From Azolla caroliniana (taxonomy: Eukaryota; Plantae; Polypodiophyta), in the NCBI GenBank assembly GCA_043228905.1, contig JBHGNT010000004.1, forward strand, positions 10,230,001-10,294,000: 64,000 bases of DNA, given 5' to 3'. Positions 1 through 12,338 of the stretch are shown piece by piece. The first letter of the stretch is position 1; every line of letters starts with the position of its first letter. The notes beneath the pieces were generated by a model. The model did not search any database and was not told the DNA's origin. It saw only the letters and a list, made by a program, of their open reading frames with translations. Position numbers and translations under genes: made by a program.

Positions 1-296
1 TATTGTAAATCAAACACATGGTTTCTTAGGCACATGCCACATGCTCTAATCCTCTTAACGGTTCTACGACCCCATCCATACTAGATTTATTCTAGGGGCC
101 CCCACTTGGTGCCCTTGATTTCAAAACTCCAAAAAATACAATACATCTCCATTACTTCCCAAAATACCCTCCATTTTGACAGAGCTCCGAAAATGTCCTT
201 CATGTTTCAAGAAACTCCACAAAAATGGCCGCTTACCCTTAATCGTGTAGAAGATCATTCTGACAAATCAAGTGCAGAAGAAGGTCTGTGTACTAA

Positions 297-3221
297 ATGG
301 TCAAGCTATGCACATCTTTATCGAGACATTCTCTTCCTAATGAAGTCGTATTTTCGCCACCACAGATAAGTCAAAAGTATTCATCTTCTCTTCATGATTT
401 CATTGCTGCCTTGTGCACATGGAGAAAGCAAAAACATAAAGACAAAGTCTATGCAATAGGCTTGTATACCTCCATATGTGATGCTGGCCTCCAAGCTCAT
501 CCATTGATAGGAAATGACCTTGTCTCCATGCTGGTTGAGATTGGGAAAATGAACCAAGCTCTGCGTGTATTTGCGATGCTCGAGCATCAAGATGGGCATT
601 TATGGAATCTCATGATCATGGGTTATGCCAACTGTGGCGAGTCTCAACCACTGATCGATTTCTATCACAAGATGGGTGAACATGAATTGCCTTGTTTGAC
701 AGGGCATTCCTATGTAATATTAGTTAAGGCTTGTATCAAATTGGAGGATGTTGATAGTGGAAGTAGGTTGCACATTGATGTTGTCAGAATGGGATTGCTG
801 GAAAGAAATGTTTTTGTCGGTAGTGCTTTGGTTGATATGTATGCCAAATGTGGTTTACTCACGAAAGCACAGGAAACATTTGAAATGATCTCAATTCGAA
901 ATGTAGTGTTGTGGAACACTCTTATAACAGGATATGCTGATCATGGGTGTTTCGAGGAAGTGCTAAAATGTTCTAAACAAATGCAATTCAATGGTATTGT
1001 CCCAGATGCTATAACATACATGTGCTGTTTGAGAGCTTGTAGTGGTACTGGAGCAACACTCAATGGAAAAGAAATACATGATGAGATCACAAGAAAGGGA
1101 TTGTTAGAAGGGGATGTTTTCCTTGGAACCACATTAATTGATATGTATGCTAAATGTGATATGCTTGTGGAAGCAAAGCAAGTGCTGGTCAATCTTCCAG
1201 TCCGAAATGTTGTTTCTTGGAATGCACTTATTTCAGGTTATGTGGACAATGGGCGTGGTAATGAGGCATTGGTTTGCTTTGAGAATATGCAAGGCGAAGG
1301 AGTATCTCCAAGTCCTGTGACCTTTATTCATAGTTTGAAAGCATGTGATAACGTTGAAACCATTGACAACATACATGCTGAAATTGCAAAGAAAGGACTC
1401 CTAGAAAAGGATGTAATGTTAAGCAGTACCCTAGTTTATATATATGCTAAAATTGGGATGATAATAAAAGCACAGGATGTGTTTGATAAGGTTCTAATCC
1501 GGAATGTAGTCTCATGGAATGCTTTAATAGCAGGCTATGTGGAGCATGGATATGGCGAGGAAGCATTGACCTGCTTTGAGAGAATGCAACAAATGGGCCT
1601 CTCCCCAGATGTCATTACTCTAATTTTCAGCTTGAAAGCATGCATTATCACTGGAACCATTTCTTTGGGTGAAGACATACATCTTGAGATTGCCAAAAAA
1701 GGTTTGGAAGGGAACCAGCTCCTTAGCAGCACTGTGATCCATATGTATGCAAAGTGTGGATCCCCCAACAAAGCACAGGAAGTGTTTGACAAGTTGTCTC
1801 ACAGAAATGTTGTCTCATGGACTGCATTGATAACAGGCTATGCTGAACTTGGACATACTCAACAAGCACTTCTTTGTTATGAACAAATGTGCTTCAATGA
1901 TGTCTTACCCAGTACTATCACATACATTTGTTCCTTGAAAGCTTGTGCTAGCATAGGAGCTGTAGCCAAAGGTCAAGAAATGCATGTCAAAATTGTAAAG
2001 CAAGGGATTGAAATAGACAGTGCACTTGGCAGCGTGTTGATTGACATGTATACTGATTCGGGCATGCTCATGGATGCACAAGCGTCATTTGACAGTATTT
2101 TTGTTCCCGAGGTATTTTCATGGACTTCAATAATAAGAGCAAATGTAGAATGCCACAATAGTGAGGAAGCTATAAATTGTTTTGAACAAATGCAACTTGA
2201 AGGAGTATCTCCAGATGTTATTACCTATGTTTTCGTAATTAAAGCTTCTGTTAATGTTGGAGATAGAAGAAAAGCCACCGAAATACACGCTGAGATTATG
2301 AAAAAAGGGCTAGAAAAAGAGCTTCTTATTGGCAATGCTTTAATAGACATGTATGCAAAACATGGTTTGCTTGAAGCAGCACAGGAAGTGTTTGAAAAAC
2401 TTCCGAATAGAGACGTAGTATCGTGGAATGTAATTATCACAGCTTTTGCTGATTTTGGGCACAATGACCATGTGCTCAAATGTTTTGAACAGATTTACCA
2501 TGCAGGAATATCTCCAGATCCTGTGGCCTTGATTTGCAGCTTGGTTTGTTGTGCCAATGTAGGAGCAATAGTTAAAGGTCAAGAAATCCATACGCAGATA
2601 ACAAAAAGAGGGCTTGAAAGAGAGATTCTGATTGGAAATGCCTTGATAGATTTGTATGTTAAGTGTGGATCATGTACTGTAGCAAAATACATCTTCGACA
2701 ACCTCCAATTATGGACAACTGTTTCATGGAATGCACTAATAATAGGATATACACAAGTAGCAGCAAACGATAATGTTCTCGAACTCTTTAATATGATGTT
2801 AAGAGGAGGTACGATGCCAGATCTTGTTACATTCCTTAATGTCTTTAATGCTTGTAGCCATGCTGGCTTAGTAGATAAGGGTGAAATGTACTTTGAGGCG
2901 ATGATACATGATTTTGATCTTATTCCTGCAGTTGAGCATTATAATTGCATGGTGGATCTTTTTGGTCGAGCAGGGAATATTGATAAAGCAGTAGCAATGA
3001 TAAAGAAAATGCCACTGCATCCTGGTACTGTTTTGTTGCAAACATTGTTGGCTTCCTGCCGAAGGTGTGGTAATGTGCAGGTTGCAAGACTTGCGTTTGG
3101 AAATGTGGTGGGCTTTGATGAAATGGAAGATGCCATTTACATTTGTATGTATAATATCTATATTGAAGCTGCAATGCAGGAGGATGCTAACAAGGTTGAG
3201 TTAATGAGAGCTCGACGGTGA
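297..3221 (+). CDS. PLS-class pentatricopeptide repeat protein with C-terminal E domain and no DYW domain (probable organellar RNA-editing specificity factor)
   Basis: 974-aa intronless ORF with about 8 P-L-S triplets (NVVSWNALI.GY, PD.ITY.C.LKAC, GNALIDMYAKCG), then ACSHAGLVDKG, EHYNCMVDLFGRAG and an E-type tail. It stops before any E+/DYW motif. Confidence 0.95.
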   Translation: MVKLCTSLSRHSLPNEVVFSPPQISQKYSSSLHDFIAALCTWRKQKHKDKVYAIGLYTSICDAGLQAHPLIGNDLVSMLVEIGKMNQALRVFAMLEHQDGHLWNLMIMGYANCGESQPLIDFYHKMGEHELPCLTGHSYVILVKACIKLEDVDSGSRLHIDVVRMGLLERNVFVGSALVDMYAKCGLLTKAQETFEMISIRNVVLWNTLITGYADHGCFEEVLKCSKQMQFNGIVPDAITYMCCLRACSGTGATLNGKEIHDEITRKGLLEGDVFLGTTLIDMYAKCDMLVEAKQVLVNLPVRNVVSWNALISGYVDNGRGNEALVCFENMQGEGVSPSPVTFIHSLKACDNVETIDNIHAEIAKKGLLEKDVMLSSTLVYIYAKIGMIIKAQDVFDKVLIRNVVSWNALIAGYVEHGYGEEALTCFERMQQMGLSPDVITLIFSLKACIITGTISLGEDIHLEIAKKGLEGNQLLSSTVIHMYAKCGSPNKAQEVFDKLSHRNVVSWTALITGYAELGHTQQALLCYEQMCFNDVLPSTITYICSLKACASIGAVAKGQEMHVKIVKQGIEIDSALGSVLIDMYTDSGMLMDAQASFDSIFVPEVFSWTSIIRANVECHNSEEAINCFEQMQLEGVSPDVITYVFVIKASVNVGDRRKATEIHAEIMKKGLEKELLIGNALIDMYAKHGLLEAAQEVFEKLPNRDVVSWNVIITAFADFGHNDHVLKCFEQIYHAGISPDPVALICSLVCCANVGAIVKGQEIHTQITKRGLEREILIGNALIDLYVKCGSCTVAKYIFDNLQLWTTVSWNALIIGYTQVAANDNVLELFNMMLRGGTMPDLVTFLNVFNACSHAGLVDKGEMYFEAMIHDFDLIPAVEHYNCMVDLFGRAGNIDKAVAMIKKMPLHPGTVLLQTLLASCRRCGNVQVARLAFGNVVGFDEMEDAIYICMYNIYIEAAMQEDANKVELMRARR

Positions 3222-5642
3222 GAAAACATGAAAAATCAAGGACATCAATTCTGGATATAAAAAAAATACACAAATGATGAAATACTTTGATCACTTATGA
3301 ACTTCATCCAAGAAAGAAAGTTCGGTGACAAGGTTACACATGTTTAGACACATGTTGATTATGTTTAGATGAAACTATACATACATCTTCCTTTGCGAGG
3401 ATAGCTACCTTCCTCTCAATCAGTAGAGATGCAGGAGTAAAGATGGCGAACTTGGTGGATATTCGATAGAACAAATACTCAATCCTGAGCATTCTACGGC
3501 ACTCCAAGGTCGATCCATGATGGCATCTCCTCGATCTTCTGGGTTCGAGATGCAACTTCTTATGTTATAGTAAGTTATCTTCCTCTATCTCTAAAAAATA
3601 TGCGCTGTACAATTTCTCTTGTCCTCAGGGCCAAGTAATATTATATTTGTGCCCCTTCTTGTACCATAATATATACTTTACATGGGGGGGGCAACCTCCT
3701 CTTTAATACAGATTAGAGCTTTTGACTGATGGATTTACAACTGAATATTGTAAGTACTATTAATACCTATACTGGCATCTTGGAGAGTATCCATGAAAAG
3801 GTTTTGATTGCATCAAATGGACAAGAGTGATAATATTTTTTCGGAGATCATCCTCGGGCATATCAACCTAGAGATATTTTACACTTAACTATGATCTATC
3901 CCTCTGAAATAATAGAAAAATGCTACATATAAGGGCAATGTTATAAATACTCCTTTCGCTTGTTTAAAATTTCTCAATGATGAAGAAAACTCTAGATATG
4001 CTGATTCTATTTTGTTTCTGTAATATGTCACAGGCCATTATCAACCAAATCTCACACAAAGCTGTTTGTTGGAAGGGTATAATGTACACGGTGCAAGTAT
4101 ATGGCTCAAAGAACAAGGAAATCAACATGTTACGAAGGGAAGAATGAATCGAGAGCTTGCATCATATAGAACTGATATCTAGTTCCTAGAGTACGGATGG
4201 TATGAAAGCCTCGATCATCAAGTCGATCTATGAAGCATTGGTCAAGATGAATGGGCGATTTCAAGTGCACGGTCTATTATGGGACAACCACATTGTTCAC
4301 ACATCTCTTCTGGATGAAATACATGGTCTAAGTTGAGAAATATGATTGATGAGGAAAATGTGGCATGCACAAGAAGATATTCTGAGCTAACCATTTGGGC
4401 ATCCGATCTTTTTTGAACATCAATCGTTCTCTCTTTTAATTTCACTCGCACTACAGTTCGAATCAGACCTTAGAGACTGAGCAATAATATTACAAATGCA
4501 GAACATCTGAATAAATGTGAATGTTTTATCTATTGAGAAATAAAGTTTGGTGTCGAGATGGGGGAGACCATAGGAGGAAATAAGTTAAACTAGGAATATG
4601 GAAAAGGTTGAATGATAAAGCAAAGGGTGTTGTAAGGTTAGACGAGTTGTAATAATAAATAATTTTCACAAACAAGATTAAAATTAAATAAATAAATAAA
4701 GGAATAGATTAATATTAATAACAATATTATTAATGATAAGTAATAATAAGAAGTAAAAACAATATTAGTTAATTATTATTATTAAAATATTAATAATAAT
4801 AGTTAATTATACTATAAAATGCTCTTGTATGTTCTATTGGTTCATGTTCATGTAAACTCCTTTATAGAGCTTATAGTTACACTTCAAGATCTAGTCTACT
4901 ATCTTGAAGCTCTCATGGTTACATTCCCCTAGCTACCCTTAACTCGGGTTTAACTATGTTAACCTTGGTTGTAGTTACTCGGATTAGATTAGGGTTTTAC
5001 CCTCTAGTTTTATCGCGTGATTCCACAACTCCCCCTTTCAAAAAATTTGCCCGTAGTGGTTGTTTCTGATGTCGTCTCCAATCCGTCGTTGTGTTTTAAG
5101 TGTCGTTTGTCCATTTGCATCTCTGGGTGGAGAGAATATGTGTTGGTCCTCATGGTGCGTATGATAGTAAATAAAAGAGTCGATCCACATGTGCATCGTT
5201 GATTCATTGAGTCCCGTTTTCTTAGTAAGGAAATAGACTAGGATCGGGCAATAGACCCAAGACCCGTGCTCTAGCTGTGTTTTGAGCTGCATATCAACCT
5301 TTACCATACAACCGCTTTTCTCATGACTGTCCTAATTGCAGGTTCTTGCATATGCTCAACTGGAGCAAAGGCTCGAGCTGTTGTAAATGTAGCCACCAAT
5401 CCATGGTGTCGGTGCGGGTATCTTTGCCTCGTAGGTCCACATTGACATCGGGAGGTAAGCGAGGGTCACATCCATAGATAGAGTTCTCAGAAAAGGCTGA
5501 TTCGGGTAGATGCTTGCACCAAGGTGTTATATGCATGTGTGATGAGGGGCAAGATCAAGTCCTACGTCCTGTGCAGTGGGTGACAGATGAATGCGTTCTT
5601 CATCCATTGTTTAATCGTCTTCTTCATCCGTTTGTCTAGGTC

Positions 5643-6205
5643 TTAGCTATTTAGCTACTACTCTTTTACATCTATAACTAATTAGCTACCGCTCTTCCCG
5701 TTGTTAGTTGTTTAGCTATGAGTATTCCCACAGTTCGTTATTTAGCTACTACTCTTCCTAGTGTTAGCTAATTAGCTACAACTACCTTAGCTATTTAGCT
5801 TCCTTTCTCCCTAATGTTAGCTAATTAGCTACCACTATATAGGTATTTTGCTACTACTCTTTCCATTGTTAGCCAATTAGCTATCACTCTTGTAGAACTG
5901 TAGCTATTTAGCTACACCTTTCAAGGCTTAGCTAATTAGCTATCACTTTTCGCAACTGTAAGCTAATTAGCCACCACTATATAGGTATTTTGTTACTACT
6001 CCTTCCATTGTTAGCAAATTAGCTATCACTCTTGTACAATTGTAGCAATTTAGCTACACCTTTCAAGGCTTAGCTAATTAGCTATTACTTTACGCAATAG
6101 TATGCTAATTAGCTACTCTTGTTGGACAAATTTAGACATTTAGCTATAACTTTCAAGGCTTACCTAATTAGCTATTACTCTCCCTAGGCCTTAGCAAATT
6201 AGCAA
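5643..6205. repeat. Tandem array of about 20 units built on the palindrome TAGCTAATTAGCTA, with a 142-bp higher-order duplication
   Basis: The core recurs every 22-31 bp. The block starting ~5818 recurs at ~5960, e.g. CCACTATATAGGTATTTTG and TAGCTACACCTTTCAAGGC. Confidence 0.9.
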
Positions 6206-7254
6206 CAACTATTACCTATTACAACTTTTGCTTTGTAGAGAGCCGAGTAGAAAACTTACATGTCTGTTTTGTCCACTCATCAGGGAGAGTTGTATTTCAA
6301 TCTCCCAAACACATTGCAGTAGTGTGATAGGCATATACAAAACAAGCGATATGATATGTATGCTAGCATGCTCGTAGGTGTTCCAACATAGTAGCAGTTG
6401 TGTCCTCAATGGCTAAGCCGCAAGCAATGCATGTTGCGTGAACACTCAATGTACTCTTATCTCCAATTGCTACTTTTAGTAAGGGTGCAGGAATATTGAG
6501 GTCGCTTTCTTGTCTACACCTTTACATTCCCTCCACAAATTGTGGTTGCTTTTTAAGGCAACTAACCAGCTAATCTTGATTTTTGTATTGTTCCTAGAAG
6601 TTGTATTGCAAATTTTACTGCCATATCATATTCATAGAATGAGGAAGAATGAATAACAAGAAACAAATACATTGACTTACTTGGAGGTTTGGAACATCAT
6701 TGCTAGCGACATGTTTGACCCCTAGGAGATCCATGCTCATTGTAAGAACCTGGATCTCTGTCTCTAGCTATATTTTCTGTTGGGGATCTAGCGGCCCCTC
6801 TTTTTCGAGCTCACGTTGAGCAACCTCGATCTTGCTCCGTATCGTTGTGACTGCCATGTTGAGCTTGCTTTTGATGGCAGCAACAAATGTTGCTTTCTCT
6901 AAGGCAGCCTTTGTTGCTTCCAATGTCTCCCAGGCACGATGAACATTTCTCATCATTGACTAAATCAATGTCTCCCCTGTATCATTGACATTGGTTTTGT
7001 TGTGTTTGTGTGGTGTCTTCTTGCGGCAACGTTCTGTCAATGACTCACCTATAAGATCTCTTGCTACCCTATACAATTAAGGGTTAGTTGCTTCCTTTGC
7101 CATTTGGCAATTCTTGTAGGTGAACGCCCTGGCGAATGCATTTGACAACGCGTTGTTGACAAGGATATCTTGATGTACGTTTTGGTGAAGCCTCATGCAA
7201 TCCTCATACAACTCCAGACACACATGCTTCAGGTTGACCTTCCTCTTAACTCTG

Positions 7255-8995
7255 GCTACTTTATAGATGAAGTATCAAGTACCGAGTGTTTTAAAGGAGT
7301 TCTAGGCAAGAGCCGAGAGAGAAACTGGACGGAAGTTGAAGGCGGTCCGGACGAACAATGGCGGTGAATACCGAGGCCAGTTTGAGGAGTACTGTTGATC
7401 GAACAGTATCCGGCTTGAATATACCATGCCGAAGACGCTAGAGTTGAATGGGTTGGCCGAGAGAATGAATTGGACCATCATGGAAAGAGTCTGAAGTATG
7501 TTGGCACATGCGAAGTTGCCGAAGATATACCAGGCCAAGGCGTTGATGACAATTATTTATATAATAAACAAGTCTCCCTTGGTTCCATTGGAAGGTAACA
7601 TACCACAAAGGGTATGGTCTGGCAAAGAGGTATCATAAAAGCATTTGAGGGTGTTTGGTTGCCTGGCCTATGTGCATGTAACTAAGGACCAGATGGGGAC
7701 ACTTGATCCCAAGAGTCGACCGTGTCTATTTCTTGGCTACGGCGAAGATGAATTCGGTTATCGACTATGGGACCTGTTACCCGTAGGAGTTGTACGGGGC
7801 GGCATAAGGGTAAAACACGTTGAAGGGGTTGTTCGGTATGTGTAATATGTATATGAGTGTGTGAGGATGAGTATGTGTGAGCACATGCACAATTATGTGC
7901 ATGTGACAAGAGTGTAACGGTCGTCTCTTTTGTAACGGTTATTATTTACCGTTACATTTTGTATTATATAAACCCCTTATGGGGCATGTAATGAAGATAG
8001 TTTTTTCCCCTCATTTTTGGTGTCATCTTGTATTCTCACTCTCCTTAGCTCTCTCTATTGTAATCCCCTTGGGAGGGGGGGTGAAGGCATTCTAGGCTTC
8101 ACCCCCCACCCCAACAACAGGACCTAATTGGCAAGAAGGTGATTAGGAGCCGAGATATCATCTTCATGGAAGAAAAGACGATTGTTGACTGGGAGATGGA
8201 AAATAGCCCTCCAGATGCTGACCCGAGCCGAGTTGATGGTTAGCCGAATCGGACATCCGTCAATTCGACTGAAGCCAGAGACGAACCAATGGACCGAGTA
8301 GTTAGTCGTCAAAGCCGAGAGCCAAGTGAGGAACAAGGGAACCGGTCAAAAGAAGACAATCAGCCAAATGAGGATTAGAATCCTATTCGAATGAAGAGCC
8401 GTCTGCTGCAAATGGATGCAGAAGATACCCTTTGAGAGAGAGAAGAGCCCCTCGTAGATTTCCGGATGAAGAACATGTTCTCTTAACAGATGAAGGGGAG
8501 TTGGAAAGCTTCGAGGAAGCTAAGATACCCACAACTGAAAGTGGTTGAGTACCATACCATGCAAGATGAGATGGATTCTTTGCATGAGAACCGCACGTAT
8601 GAACTGGCCGAGTTGCCGAAAGGAAAGAAGGGACTCGAGAACAATTGGGTATACAAATTGAGGCTGGGAGGAAGCGGGAGAAATTGAGTTCATTAGAGAG
8701 CTGGGGATTCAGCAAGAAGAATTCCGACTCATGGACCTTGCGAAGAATGTTGCCTACCACTCAAGGACCAAGCACATCCAGAGGAGATACCATTGGCTCT
8801 AGGAAAGGGTAATAGAAAAGGAGTTTGCTCAGATGAAGATCCACACAACGGAGAACGGATCAGACATGCTGACAAAGGTGTTGTCGACAGAGAAGCTAGA
8901 GGTGTGCCACAGACAAGTCAGATTTACGAGGCACCTTGTGCCGGAGTGAAGGGGGAGTTTGTTTGGAAACTGGTCCCTCTAGATGGAGAGATAAG
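7255..8995 (+). mobile_element. Heavily decayed, internally deleted Tnt1/Tork-like Copia fragment (integrase, start of RT, end of RNase H, PPT, first ~35 bp of 3' LTR)
   Basis: Reads NGGEY and VFGCLAYVHV...LDPKSRPCLFLGYGEDEFGYRLWD. PPT GAAGGGGGAGTT at ~8948 is followed by TGTTTGG. Homologous to 45323-49396. Confidence 0.85.
7775..8119. mobile_element. Solo LTR (345 bp) inserted in the Copia integrase
   Basis: Ends TGTTAC...CAACA, flanked by the 5-bp TSD GGACC (7770-7774 and 8120-8124). The integrase frame (YRLWDL/IGKK) resumes after removal. Confidence 0.85.
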
Positions 8996-11656
8996 CACGA
9001 GGGTCATGTCATTCGGTCTCACTAATGCACCGACAGTCTTCCCGCACATGGCGAATGATATATTCTAAGATCTCTTGGATGTTTGTTTGATCAACTATTC
9101 GGATGATCTACTGGTTTATTCGAAGACCCAAGAAGAGCATGATTCTCATGTACTGTTAGTACTAAAACGGCTTCGAGAACATGGTATTTATGCAAAACTA
9201 GAAAAATGTAGTTTCGAGTGCAACCAGGTGGAATTTCTAGGCCATGTCATCTCCTCGAAAGGCATCTCTATACATCCAGCTAAGGTCAAAACTGTGGTAG
9301 ACTAGCAGACTCCCCGTTCGTTGCAAGATGTGCAATGTTTTTTAGGCTTCACAAATTTCCACCGCAAGTTTATACAGGACTAAAAGCTTATTTTTGAAGA
9401 AAATGGCGCGGAATATAGCTCGGCCACAACCGAGTCTTGAATCACTTCAAAAGAGAATGAAACACAGAAATGGGAAATGGAGAGTACACAAGAAATTACA
9501 CAGGATGTTTATGTGGAAAACCCTAATAGGGAAAAACCACAAGAGCCCACAGGCTCCGAACTATCACTATATGAGAAAGATACAATCAGAGACTCGGAGG
9601 AAACGACCTCGAGCTCTGTTTCTTCGCCTAGCGGCGGTTACAACAGAAAACGTTTTGTATCACGTTGTCTTTCTCTGTCACTCTTTGTACAACAATATGA
9701 CAACAACTACTATCTCAAACAATACAAAGTGATTGCCCTAAGTCATATTTATACTTATATGAACTTAGGGCTATTTACAAATATAGCCTTCATAGGCTTA
9801 CTCAAAACATATTTACCGATATGTCTTCTCTTCCGGCTCTCAACGGGTCTCCTCCGGTTTCTGGATCTCTTCCGGTTCTCACCGGGTCCTCTTCATCCAT
9901 CACCGAATCCCATCCAAAGGGACCGATTTCCCAACAATCTCCCCCTTCACTCCGGTATGGGCTGTCTCGTCAGCCCGATCCGCTTTCGGCACGCGTCCAG
10001 CTTGTCAGTTGTTAGGACCTTGGTTAGCATGTTCGACCCATTCTCCTCCGTGTGGATCTTCGTCAGCACGAACTCTTGATCTTCTACTCTCTCCTAGATC
10101 CGGTGGTACCTCCGTTGGATATGTTTTGTCCGGGAATGGTAGGCCACGTTCTCTGCAAGGTGGATGGCACTTTGACTGTCGCAGTAGAGCCGGTATTCCT
10201 CTTGTTGGATCCCTAGCTCTCCGATGAAGTCCTTCATCTAGATTATCTCCTTGCCGGCTTCTACAGCTGCCATGTACTCTACCTTTGTGGTTGACAATGC
10301 AACCATCTTCTGCAGCCTCGACTGCCATGAAATAGCTTCCCCTGCATAAGTCATGAAATATCCGGATGTAGACCAGCTGGTATCCACATCAACCGACATA
10401 TCCGAATCCGTGAATCCGTCAAGTTGGGGTTTACCGGAGCCAAACTGGAGGCACATACTCATGGTTCCTTTCAAATACCGGAGTATCCACTTGACCACGT
10501 TCTAGTGCTCTCTTCCAGGATTTCTCATGAACCGGCTTACCACTCCGACTGCATATCCGATATCCGGCCGGGTACAGACCATCGCGTACATCAAGCTTCC
10601 AACGGCAAAGGCATATGGAATCTTCATCATATCTGTCTTCTCCGCCTTTGTCCTCAGGCTTTGTTTCCCAGATAGCTTGCAGTTTGCCGGAAGTGTCAAT
10701 CTGACCGGTTTCACCTCCGACATGTTGAACCGTTGAAGCACCTTTGTCACGTACTTCTCCTATGACAACCACAACAACTTCTTCGACCGGTCTCGGATGA
10801 TGTGCATTCCCAATATCTGTCTTGCCGGCCCCAAGTCTTTCATTGAGAAGGTCCGGTTCAGATCCTTCTTCAGCATCCGGATCTTTCCTTGGTCTCGTCT
10901 GACGATCAACATATCATCCACATATAGGAGCAATATCAAGAAGTCACCTTCGTCAAATTTCTTCACAAACACGCAGTGATCGGCTTGTGTCTTGTGGTAC
11001 CCTTGGTTGATCATGAAGGACTCGAACTTCCGATACCATTGTCGGGGAGCTTGCTTCCGTCTGTATAAGCTGTTCTTCAGACGGCACACGAGGTGCTCCT
11101 TCCCTTTCTTCTCAAATCCTTCTGGTTGCTGCATGTAGATTTCTTCTTCGAGGTTGCCATGTAGGAATGCAGTCTTGACGTCCAATTGCTCTACCTCGAG
11201 GTCCATGCTTGCCGCTATGCCCAATACCGTCCGGATGGATGTCATCTTTACTACCGAGGCAAAGATCTCATCGAAGTCCACTCCCTTCTTCTGCTGGAAG
11301 CCCTTCACCATGATTCATGCCTTATACCTTGGTGGATTTCCGACATCACCCGGTTTCAGCTTGTATAACCACTTGTTCCAGAGTGCTCTCTTCCCTTTCG
11401 GCAACTCTGTTAGTTCATATGTGTGGTTCTCATGCAAGGAATCCATCTCATCCTCCATGGTACTCAGCCTCTTGCGGCTGTGGGTGTCTCTCTTTGCTTC
11501 TTCGAAGCTTTCCAGCTCCCCCTCATCTGTCAGCAACACGTGCTCTGCATCTGGAAATCTCCGGGGGGCTCTTCTCTTCAGGAGAGGATATCTTCGTCCC
11601 TGGTTTTTGATTACCGGTTCCTTCATCTATTCCGAATCCGAATCCGATTCGGGATC

Positions 11657-11998
11657 TGTTGGGAGACAGGTCCCTCCGGATGGGAAGGGAGAAGAACAGT
11701 GCTAATGAACAAACTCGGTGAGAACCGGATGAGGAGTACCCGACTACGGAGAGCCGGATGGTGTAGACTCGGTGAGAACCAGATGAGGAGTACCCAGCTA
11801 CGGAGAGCCAGATGGTGCAGACCCGGTGAGGAGTGCTCACCGGATGAAGAGACATATTCGTAAATATGTTTCTGAGAGTCCATCATGGCTATATTTGTAA
11901 ATAGCCGAAAAGTCATATTAGTATAAATATGACTTAGGGCAAACTTTTAAGTTGTTATTCTTGTTGGTGCAAGAAGAGAGAGAGCGTGTAACTGTGTA

Positions 11999-12066
<68 letters not shown>

Positions 12067-12338
12067 GGTCGTTGCCTCTGTTGAAACCGCCGCGTGTGGC
12101 GAAGATCGTGAGCACGAGGTCGTTGCCTCCGTGAACTCACTGTTGTACATTCTAACATAGTGATAGTTTGCAGCTTATGGGCTGCCGTGGTTTTTTCCCT
12201 AGTTTGGGGTTTTCCACGTAAACATCCTGTGTACCCTTCTCTTCTTTGTGTCGTGCATTTATTTCCTGTTTTTCTGTGTATGATTCTAAGCTCGGTTATG
12301 GCCGAGCGTTGCGTATAGGGAGCGTGCAGTTCCTGACA
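11657..12338 (+). mobile_element. Solo LTR of the Copia-B LTR family, inserted antisense in Copia-A
   Basis: TGTTGGGAGAC...CCTGACA with TSD GGATC (11652-11656 and 12339-12343). Homologous to the reverse complement of 13330-14143. Contains about 31 GA units. Confidence 0.93.

Noticed and set aside
106-369. Upstream ORF as a frameshifted PPR N-terminus
   Set aside because: No motif support, and the PPR ORF has its own ATG at 297. It cannot be decided without transcripts.
5643-6205. CRISPR-like look (palindromic repeat with variable spacers)
   Set aside because: Linkers are only about 8-17 bp and are themselves duplicated, repeats are degenerate, there are no cas genes, and the context is eukaryotic.
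9394-10079. ORFs of 112-200 aa, mirrored at 20363-21027
   Set aside because: They lie in the Copia-A LTRs, antisense to the element, with no protein motifs.
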